Assembly: GCA_020725385.1 (NCBI GenBank)
Contig: DYFC01000027.1
Coordinates: 1 to 14,238 of the forward strand
DNA from: Nitrospira japonica
GTDB taxonomy: Bacteria; Nitrospirota; Thermodesulfovibrionia; Thermodesulfovibrionales; SM23-35
Length of the DNA stretch: 14,238 nt
Direction: 5' to 3'
This document shows positions 7,914 through 14,238 of the stretch, piece by piece; positions within the stretch are counted from its first letter, which is position 1; every line of letters begins with the position of its first letter. The notes under the pieces are model-generated. The model saw only the letters and a list, made by a program, of their open reading frames with translations. It searched no databases and was not told the origin of the DNA. The position numbers and the translations under genes are program-made.

Positions 7914-9198
7914 AACCGGTATCGAAATAAGTAAAATAGAAAGCAATAGCCTTGCCGAACAAGCCGGAATGCAACCGGGAGATATTATATTGTCTATAAA
8001 TTCACATCCACTAAGAGATCCGGTTGATTTCATGTATTACAGTTCAGATGATATTTTAAATATTGAAGTTAAACGTAATGAGAAGATACAAATTGTCACA
8101 GTAAAGAGGAGAGACGAAATAGGATTTGGAATAGAATTCAAACCTTTTAAAGTTCGAACATGCAGAAATAATTGCATTTTTTGTTTTGTCAAACAACTCC
8201 CGAAAGGATTAAGAAAGACTTTATATGTAAAGGATGAAGATTATAGATTATCCTTTCTCTATGGTAACTATATTACACTATCGAATATTACCAAAGAAGA
8301 TAAAAAACGTATAGTCGAGCAGAGATTAAGCCCTCTATATATTTCCGTTCATTCTACTAACAAAGGGCTCAGAAACAAACTTATCGGGAATCCTAAAGGA
8401 CCCGATATAATGAAAGAATTAAAATTTTTTGCTGATAATAAAATACGTTTCAATGCTCAAATTGTTCTTTGTCCAGGCTATAATGATGGCAGAGAATTAC
8501 ATCAGACTATTAATAATCTATTTAGATTCTATCCCTATCTTCTGTCTATAGCTGTTGTGCCGGTCGGTTTAACAGTATATCATAAACAGAATCTTAATCC
8601 TGTACAAAAGGCAGATGCTGAAAATGCTCTGAAAACAATCGAATATTTTCAAAGAAGGTTTGTAAAAAAACATGGTAACCCAATAGTCTATGGTGCTGAC
8701 GAACTATATTTAAAAGCCGGAATCCCTTTTCCTCCATTAAAAGAATATAGGGAACTATATCAGCTTGAAAATGGTGTTGGCATGTTACCACTATTTCTTA
8801 ATCAAGTAAAAAAGCTTAAAATAAACAGAACATTTATTCCAAAGAAGAAGTTTCTTACTTTTACAGGAACATCTTTTTATCCTTTCCTTAATAAATTTGT
8901 TGAAAGACTTAATGAGAAAGAGAAGATTTCTATCGATTTACTGGAAGTAGAGAACAGATTTTTTGGCCCTTCAATTACTGTGGCAGGATTGATTTCCGGA
9001 AGGGATATTATCAAATCAATTCTGGATAGAACGGATGGATATGATAAAATATTTGTGCCGGATGTAACTTTAAATTCTGAAGATAAGTTTCTTGACGATG
9101 TTACTTTAAGTGATCTTAAAGAAGCTACCGGAATACCTGCAGTAAAAATACCTTCAACTCCTGAAGGATTGGTGGAAAATATTTTTAATGCAGTATAA
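7903..9198 (+). CDS. PDZ-domain/DUF512 putative radical-SAM Fe-S oxidoreductase
   Basis: N-terminal PDZ-like segment (SLAEQAGMQPGDIILSIN), CxxxCxxC motif (CRNNCIFC), LYVKDEDYRLSFLYGNYITL, AVVPVGLT, QLENGVG and NRFFG..ITVAGL. Confidence 0.92.
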   Translation: MRSETGIEISKIESNSLAEQAGMQPGDIILSINSHPLRDPVDFMYYSSDDILNIEVKRNEKIQIVTVKRRDEIGFGIEFKPFKVRTCRNNCIFCFVKQLPKGLRKTLYVKDEDYRLSFLYGNYITLSNITKEDKKRIVEQRLSPLYISVHSTNKGLRNKLIGNPKGPDIMKELKFFADNKIRFNAQIVLCPGYNDGRELHQTINNLFRFYPYLLSIAVVPVGLTVYHKQNLNPVQKADAENALKTIEYFQRRFVKKHGNPIVYGADELYLKAGIPFPPLKEYRELYQLENGVGMLPLFLNQVKKLKINRTFIPKKKFLTFTGTSFYPFLNKFVERLNEKEKISIDLLEVENRFFGPSITVAGLISGRDIIKSILDRTDGYDKIFVPDVTLNSEDKFLDDVTLSDLKEATGIPAVKIPSTPEGLVENIFNAV

Positions 9199-9208
9199 CG
9201 TATTGATT
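9196..9208 (-). promoter_or_regulatory. IHF consensus site
   Basis: Reverse complement AATCAATACGTTA fully matches WATCAANNNNTTR and lies ~35 bp upstream of the sigma54 site. A 1-mismatch copy, AAACAATAGGTTA, is at 9307-9319. The AT-rich context raises the chance of random matches. Confidence 0.4.
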
Positions 9209-9242
9209 AATATTAAACAAATTAAGTTTCTTAGACAATTTT

Positions 9243-9259
9243 CTGGCATAAACATTGCT
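9243..9259 (+). promoter_or_regulatory. Sigma54 (RpoN) -24/-12 promoter
   Basis: CTGGCATAAACATTGCT has exact GG-N10-GC spacing and matches YTGGCAY-N5-TTGCW. It is oriented toward the lytic transglycosylase gene. Confidence 0.7.
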
Positions 9260-9369
9260 TAATATAATAAAAGCATTTATTTTAATCAATTTTAAATTTG
9301 TAATAAAAACAATAGGTTATAGTGTTAGGTTTAGAATATGATAAAGGAAAGTGTTTTAATTTTTACAAG

Positions 9370-9392
9370 AATGTGGAAAAATTTTCCACATT
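9370..9392. promoter_or_regulatory. Perfect 11-1-11 palindrome made of two inverted DnaA-box-like nonamers
   Basis: AATGTGGAAAA-A-TTTTCCACATT. Each arm contains TTTTCCACA, which matches TTWTNCACA. It ends 21 bp upstream of a -35 box. Confidence 0.6.
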
Positions 9393-9413
9393 TTTTTGGA
9401 AAAAGTAAAAAAG

Positions 9414-9450
9414 TTGACAGAAAATAGTGTGAATGATAATATTTTTAATA
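9414..9450 (+). promoter_or_regulatory. Sigma70 promoter giving a probable leaderless transcript
   Basis: TTGACA at 9414-9419, a 17-bp spacer containing the extended TG (9434-9435), TAATAT at 9437-9442, then the ATG at 9450 after 7 nt. No Shine-Dalgarno. Confidence 0.7.
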
Positions 9451-10196
9451 TGAAATTTATTATATCTGCTTTAATTATTTTTATTTTTACATCGTCAATC
9501 AGTTATGCTGACATTTATAAATATATTGATGAAAACGGTGTAATCTGTTATACAGACCTGCCTATAAACAAAAAAGCTGATAGAATCCATAAAGATAAAC
9601 AGAAAACTACCGATGAATCATTGGCACAGGAAAAGGCACAAAGCAGAAACAGATCCAATAGTGTGCGGACTGCTGAATACCATGAAATAATTCATGAGAA
9701 AGCAAATGCATATAATATTGACCCTTCACTTGTTAAAGCTGTTATTAAAACCGAATCAAATTATAATAGCAGGGCTATTTCCAGAAAAGGTGCGATGGGT
9801 CTAATGCAATTAATGCCATCTACTGCAAATGATCTTAATGTGCATAATCCCTTTGATCCCGAAGAAAATATAGAGGGCGGGATAAAATATCTCAAATATC
9901 TACTAGAGAAGTTCAACGGAAACCTTACGCTTGCACTCGCTGCATATAACGCAGGTCCGAAGAGGGTTGAAAAATATGGATATGTACCTCCGATTACAGA
10001 AACAAAACAATATGTTAACAAAGTCCTTTCCTTATATAATGGACCAACACAATATCAGGTCGAAAATTCAGGCAATCCGGATACACAGGATAAAAAAGTA
10101 AAAAAACCCGATCCTATTTATAAAGTAGTACTTGATGATGGAACGATTATGTTTACAAATTCAACTTTCTTTTCGAAATATCCTAATAAACTGTAA
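9450..10196 (+). CDS. Secreted lytic murein transglycosylase (DUF4124 + SLT domain)
   Basis: The ATG at 9450 gives the signal peptide MKFIISALIIFIFTSSISYA/DIYKYIDENG, preferred over the TTG at 9396. SLT motifs AVIKTES, SRKGAMGLMQLMP, AAYNAGP and ETKQYV. Confidence 0.92.
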   Translation: MKFIISALIIFIFTSSISYADIYKYIDENGVICYTDLPINKKADRIHKDKQKTTDESLAQEKAQSRNRSNSVRTAEYHEIIHEKANAYNIDPSLVKAVIKTESNYNSRAISRKGAMGLMQLMPSTANDLNVHNPFDPEENIEGGIKYLKYLLEKFNGNLTLALAAYNAGPKRVEKYGYVPPITETKQYVNKVLSLYNGPTQYQVENSGNPDTQDKKVKKPDPIYKVVLDDGTIMFTNSTFFSKYPNKL

Positions 10197-11183
10197 ATGC
10201 CCCCAAACAATTTAAAGCTTGTTGAAAAAATCATAAAACTTAAAGAAAAAAGAAATGCAATAATTCTTGCCCATAATTATCAACGTGACGAAGTTCAGGA
10301 AATAGCAGATTTTACAGGAGACTCTCTTGAACTTTCAAGAACCGCATCCGAGATTAAATGTGATGTGATTGTTTTTGCGGGTGTAAACTTTATGGCTGAG
10401 AGCGCATCAATTCTAAATCCTGATAAGACGGTACTTCTTACAGAAAAAAACGCTGGCTGCCCCATGGCCGATATGATACATGTTGATACGCCGCGCATTG
10501 AAAGAAAAAGCTTTCCGGGGTTTAAAAATCCGCCTCCTTTTATATTTCCCGCATATTATACACTTAGAGATATTCAGGCAAAATATCCGGATGCACCTGT
10601 GGTCTCTTATGTAAACACTACCGCTGATATTAAAGCCGAAAGTTTTATCTGTTGTACTTCGGCTAATATAATTAAAGTCATTGAATCACTTCCGGACGAA
10701 ATTATTATATCGGTTCCTGATAGAAATCTTTCAGCCTGGGCACAAAAACATACGAAGAAAAAAATTATTTCATGGGATGGATTCTGTCATGTACATGAAA
10801 GAGTAACTGTGGATGATATAAGCAGGGCAAGAAAAGAGCATCCGAAAGCATTAATAATGGCACATCCTGAATGCAGACTTGATGTTCTTGAGATGGCTGA
10901 CTGTGTAACAAGCACTTCAGGAATGTTACGATATGCAAAGTCTTCTTCTGAAAAAGAATTTGTTGTTGGCACCGAAATTGGTTTAATGTACCGTTTAAGG
11001 AAGGAAAACCCTGATAAAACATTCTATCCACTCAGAAAAGATATGATTTGTCCTAATATGAAAATGACAACATTACAAAGTGTTTATAGGGCTTTGAGTG
11101 AAAATACTTTCGTTGTTAAGGTGCCCGAATATATTCGTATTCCTGCCCAAAAAGCCCTTGATAGGATGCTCGAAGTAAGTTAA
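10197..11183 (+). CDS. nadA: Quinolinate synthase A
   Basis: Motifs AHNYQ, GDSLELS, GVNFMAE, AGCPMAD, YVNT, CCTSAN, GFCHVH, AHPEC, GTEIG and CPNMK. All three [4Fe-4S] Cys ligands are present. Confidence 0.97.
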   Translation: MPPNNLKLVEKIIKLKEKRNAIILAHNYQRDEVQEIADFTGDSLELSRTASEIKCDVIVFAGVNFMAESASILNPDKTVLLTEKNAGCPMADMIHVDTPRIERKSFPGFKNPPPFIFPAYYTLRDIQAKYPDAPVVSYVNTTADIKAESFICCTSANIIKVIESLPDEIIISVPDRNLSAWAQKHTKKKIISWDGFCHVHERVTVDDISRARKEHPKALIMAHPECRLDVLEMADCVTSTSGMLRYAKSSSEKEFVVGTEIGLMYRLRKENPDKTFYPLRKDMICPNMKMTTLQSVYRALSENTFVVKVPEYIRIPAQKALDRMLEVS

Positions 11184-11211
11184 CCCGAAAGATGCGGGCA
11201 TTGCTCAAAAA
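11180..11211 (+). repeat. Dispersed TTAACCC repeat copy overlapping the nadA stop codon
   Basis: TTAACCCGAAAGATGCGGGCATTGCTCAAAAA. Bases 11183-11211 match 14181-14209 at 23/29 without gaps. Confidence 0.7.
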
Positions 11212-11252
11212 AATTTTAGGCAACTTTTCAATATTACATGAAAGGAATGGTT

Positions 11253-12797
11253 ATGAAATATAAGCATATATTTTTATCTATCTGCACAATAATTTTAGCT
11301 TTATTCTTACTTTCCACTTCGTTTGCTGAAATTAAGGAAATACGAATTTTGCATATTAATGACTTTCATGGATTTGCCGAACCTTACAAACCATTTGGTT
11401 CTAATGAATATTTAGGAGGAGTTGCTTTTCTTGCATCAAAAATAAATTCTTTAAGGAATGAAAAACCTACACTATTAATAGCTGCAGGAGATATGATTTA
11501 TGGAAATAATTGGACTAATCTGTTTTATGGCGAATCTGTAGTTGAATTAATGAATATAATGAAGTTTGATGCCATGGTTGTCGGAAATCATGAATTTGAT
11601 TTTGGGCAGGAAATTCTAAAGAAAAGAATATCCGGAGCTTCATTCCCCGTACTTGGAGCGAATATTGAAGGAATTGAATCATTAAAACCATATATAATTA
11701 AAAATATCTCGGGAATTAATGTTGGAATTATTGGAGTTATAACAGAAGATACACCTGAATCAACTCACCCCCGAAACGTAACAGGTTTGGGATTTAAGCC
11801 TGCTACGGAAACTATATCAAGATATTTAAATGAGATTAGAGCAAAGGTTGATATAGTTATTGTGCTTTCCCACCTTGGATATTACAGTGACAGGAAAATT
11901 GTTAAACAAATTAATGGAATAGATTTAATTGTCGGCGGACATTCACATACAAAAGTTACAAATCCTGTAAAAATAAATAATACTTTAATTGTTCAAGCAT
12001 GGGAATATGCCAAAGCACTTGGTGTTGTTGATATTACTTTTGAAGATGGAAAGATTATTAATTCAATAGGCTATCTCGAAGAAATTAAGCCAATTTCCGG
12101 TCAGGAAAATAAAGAAGTTCAGGATATAGTTGAAAAATATAAAAGAAGAGTTGATGAAATTCTTGATAGAACAATAGGTATAGCTTTAACAGATCTTGAT
12201 GGTGAAAATGTAAGAAAAGACGAAACAAATCTTGGTAATTTCATTGCTGATATTATTAAAGAAACATCCGGAGCAGATGTGGCGTTACTCAATGCCGGGA
12301 CAATACGAACAGGGATTAAAAAAGGAGAGATAAAAGTTAAGCATGTTTATTCAGTATTGCCTTTTGATAATTATATTGTTGCTATAAAACTAACAGGCAG
12401 ACAAATTAGAGAAGCATTAGAACACGGGATATCTGCGGTTGAAAAAAATGAAGGAAGATTCCCACAAATTTCGGGTATGTCTTTTAAATATAACCCGGAA
12501 GCCAATTTCGGAGAAAAAGTCACTTTTATAAACATATCAGGCAACCCCATTGATATGGATAAAGAATATTCTGTGGCAACCAATGATTTTCTTGTTGCAG
12601 GTGGTGATGGTTATAAGGTTTTTGGAAAGGTTCTCAAATCATCAAAAGATTTATCAATTACAGGTGGCGCAATTAAAAGTGAAAAACTTATCTATAATGA
12701 GCCCGGAAAGTGGCTCAGGGATATTGTGGTTGAGTATATAATGAAAAAAGGTGAAATTCAACCTATGAAGGAAGGTAGAATTATTTCAACAAAATAA
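11253..12797 (+). CDS. Periplasmic 5'-nucleotidase/UDP-sugar hydrolase (UshA/NadN-like metallophosphoesterase plus C-terminal domain)
   Basis: Signal peptide and motifs HINDFHG, AGD, GNHEFD, LSHLG, GGHSHT, NAGTIR, GRFPQISG and NDFLVAGGDGY. Start 11253 is favoured by AAAGGA at 11241-11246; alternatives are 11238 and 11247. Confidence 0.93.
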   Translation: MKYKHIFLSICTIILALFLLSTSFAEIKEIRILHINDFHGFAEPYKPFGSNEYLGGVAFLASKINSLRNEKPTLLIAAGDMIYGNNWTNLFYGESVVELMNIMKFDAMVVGNHEFDFGQEILKKRISGASFPVLGANIEGIESLKPYIIKNISGINVGIIGVITEDTPESTHPRNVTGLGFKPATETISRYLNEIRAKVDIVIVLSHLGYYSDRKIVKQINGIDLIVGGHSHTKVTNPVKINNTLIVQAWEYAKALGVVDITFEDGKIINSIGYLEEIKPISGQENKEVQDIVEKYKRRVDEILDRTIGIALTDLDGENVRKDETNLGNFIADIIKETSGADVALLNAGTIRTGIKKGEIKVKHVYSVLPFDNYIVAIKLTGRQIREALEHGISAVEKNEGRFPQISGMSFKYNPEANFGEKVTFINISGNPIDMDKEYSVATNDFLVAGGDGYKVFGKVLKSSKDLSITGGAIKSEKLIYNEPGKWLRDIVVEYIMKKGEIQPMKEGRIISTK

Positions 12798-12798
12798 G

Positions 12799-12993
12799 AT
12801 GATAGTTTATGTTAATAACAAAGCAGTAGAAATAATTCATGGCATGAAAGTCAGACATGCATTAATAAGTGCAGAAATTCTTAAAGAAGGTATTTCAATC
12901 AAATCTATAACTGATGAATGGGGAAATGAAGTTGGTATGGATGGAGAACTTTCAGAGGGTGATAAAATATTTGTTAATATAGAAGTTCAATGA
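12799..12993 (+). CDS. Small putative beta-grasp (ThiS/MoaD/TGS-like) protein without C-terminal GG
   Basis: 64 aa, filling the gap exactly (1 nt after the nucleotidase stop, ATGA overlap downstream). The pattern MIVYVNNKAVEI..GMKVRHAL...LSEGDKIFV resembles ThiS-like strands and the L-x-[DE]-G-D-x-I motif. Confidence 0.65.
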   Translation: MIVYVNNKAVEIIHGMKVRHALISAEILKEGISIKSITDEWGNEVGMDGELSEGDKIFVNIEVQ

Positions 12994-14111
12994 ATTTGCT
13001 TGAAAAGAAAATTAAAGAACTAATACATCAAAAAAGCCATATAACTTTTGAAACCTTTATGCAAATGGCTCTTTATGAGCCTGAATTAGGTTATTATTCT
13101 TCTGATCGAATAAAAATTGGTAAAGAGGGAGATTACTACACAAGCCAGCATCTTCATCCTGCCTTCGGCGCAATGCTCGGAAAGCAACTTATTGAAATGT
13201 GGAAATTTATGGGCAAACCTTCCACCTTTTATTCTGTAGAACAGGGCGCAGGTGAAGGCTATATGTGCAATGACATACTTAATTATCTTAAAGATAAAGA
13301 AATATATGATGCACTTAAATACATAATAGTTGAGCCTCACCCTTTCATGGAACAAAAACAAAAAAATTTACTCAAGAGGTTTAGTAATAAAATCGCATGG
13401 ACTGCATCACTTAAAGAACTTAAAAATATAAATGGCTGTATATTATCTAATGAGCTTTTAGATGCTTTTCCTGTCCACTTAGTCGAGATGGAAAATGAAT
13501 TAAAAGAAATTTATATTACCCTTAAGGGAGATAATAATTTCATAGAAATTAAGGATATACCATCTTCTGATGATCTAAACAAATATTTAGATGAATTTTC
13601 TATTTCATTGCCTTATGGATATAGAACCGAAATTAATTTAAAAATAAAAGACTGGATTAAAGAAGTTAATGAAGTACTTGCTGAAGGATTTATATTGACA
13701 ATTGATTATGGTTATCCTTCCTGTGAATATTATAGCGAGGAGAGAAATAGAGGGACATTGATGTGTTATTACCGGCATCAGTTTACCGAAAATCCTTACA
13801 TAAATATTGGAAATCAAGACATTACAGCTCATGTAAATTTCTCTTCTGTTAAAAAATATGGTGAGGAATTTGGAATTGAGACAATTGGCTTTGCTAATCA
13901 AGGAGCTTATCTTGTCTCACTTGGAATTGACCAGATTATTTCTGAATTATACCGGAATTCAAAAGATTATCTTTTTGAGGTAGCTAAAATAAAACGTCTG
14001 ATTCTTCCGGGCACTATAGGTGAAACGCATAAAGTAATGATACAGTATAAGGGAGAAGGGGTTCCTGTACTGAAAGGTTTCTCGATAAAAAATCAGATAA
14101 ACAAACTTTAA
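12990..14111 (+). CDS. SAM-dependent methyltransferase, NDUFAF7/MidA (DUF185) family
   Basis: Motifs FMQMALYEPELGYY, GDYYTS, VEQGAGEG, SNELLDAFPVH, IDYG, GTLMCYYRH and QDITAHVNF. Confidence 0.92.
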   Translation: MNLLEKKIKELIHQKSHITFETFMQMALYEPELGYYSSDRIKIGKEGDYYTSQHLHPAFGAMLGKQLIEMWKFMGKPSTFYSVEQGAGEGYMCNDILNYLKDKEIYDALKYIIVEPHPFMEQKQKNLLKRFSNKIAWTASLKELKNINGCILSNELLDAFPVHLVEMENELKEIYITLKGDNNFIEIKDIPSSDDLNKYLDEFSISLPYGYRTEINLKIKDWIKEVNEVLAEGFILTIDYGYPSCEYYSEERNRGTLMCYYRHQFTENPYINIGNQDITAHVNFSSVKKYGEEFGIETIGFANQGAYLVSLGIDQIISELYRNSKDYLFEVAKIKRLILPGTIGETHKVMIQYKGEGVPVLKGFSIKNQINKL

Positions 14112-14126
14112 CCCGAAAAATACATA
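14108..14126 (+). repeat. Dispersed TTAACCC repeat copy overlapping the methyltransferase stop codon
   Basis: TTAACCCGAAAAATACATA, 17/19 to the consensus TTAACCCGAAAAATGCAGA. Confidence 0.6.
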
Positions 14127-14155
14127 ACATAAATTATAAAAAGCAAACCGCACAC

Positions 14156-14183
14156 TTTACGTTTTACGTGTTTACGCTTTACC
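14156..14183 (+). repeat. Short tandem TTTACG repeat (4 copies, period 7-8)
   Basis: TTTACG at 14156, 14163 and 14171, and TTTACC at 14178. Confidence 0.7.
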
Positions 14184-14209
14184 CAAATAATGCAGACGTT
14201 GCTCAAAAA
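14178..14209 (+). repeat. Dispersed repeat copy (TTTACCCAAATAATGCAGACGTTGCTCAAAAA)
   Basis: Direct repeat of 11183-11211 (23/29) and related to 2587-2605. Confidence 0.7.
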
Positions 14210-14238
14210 TTTATTTAACTCGATGATTTTTATATCAA

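Noticed and set aside
9199-9400. Firm oriC call
   Set aside because: Only two clear DnaA boxes, no continuous DnaA-trio run, and no dnaA/dnaN/gidA nearby. Kept only as a low-probability alternative.
9396-9449. TTG start and 18-aa N-terminal extension of the transglycosylase
   Set aside because: The stretch is occupied by a consensus sigma70 promoter, and the ATG at 9450 yields a canonical signal peptide.
10479-10562. Intein or intron in nadA
   Set aside because: Too short, lacks C/S...HN splice motifs, and the reading frame is uninterrupted.
11184-11229. Intrinsic terminator after nadA
   Set aside because: The stems are weak (4-bp CCCG/CGGG and an AT-rich mismatched TTGC...GCAA) with a short T-tract. 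The dispersed repeat explains the sequence better.
12799-12993. thiS/moaD assignment
   Set aside because: No C-terminal GG and no thiamine, molybdopterin or E1-like genes nearby.
3196-14153. Remaining short ORFs (3196-3531, 4798-5037, 5104-5286, 6384-6593, 6614-6811, 8594-8791, 9761-10021, 10295-10498, 10765-11031, 10787-10972, 12371-12583, 12550-12741, 13086-13361, 13638-13901, 13959-14153)
   Set aside because: All lie antisense to or out of frame within well-supported genes and have no recognisable motifs.

Overview
AT-rich bacterial chromosomal window with all credible genes on the + strand. Gene order and protein style suggest Nitrospirota (Thermodesulfovibrionia-like) or a deltaproteobacterium-like anaerobe (inference). 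It opens with a 5'-truncated large ORF combining a Zn-dependent phospholipase C/S1-P1-like domain, an Ig-like linker and a Gly-rich repeat region. A ~165-bp palindromic MITE/REPIN-like element follows. Next is a housekeeping run: def, fmt, DUF116, PASTA-only protein, rpe, TPR protein, CDP-alcohol phosphatidyltransferase and a PDZ/DUF512 radical-SAM-like protein. A 250-bp regulatory spacer holds an IHF-like site, a sigma54 site, paired DnaA-box-like palindrome and a leaderless sigma70 promoter. It precedes a DUF4124-SLT lytic transglycosylase, nadA (with a ~23-aa insertion), a secreted 5'-nucleotidase, a small beta-grasp-like protein and an NDUFAF7/MidA-like methyltransferase. The most unusual non-coding signal is a dispersed repeat, consensus TTAACCCGAAAAATGCAGAC, that overlaps the TAA stop of three unrelated genes and bounds the palindromic element. 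No tRNA, rRNA, CRISPR array or transposase was seen.
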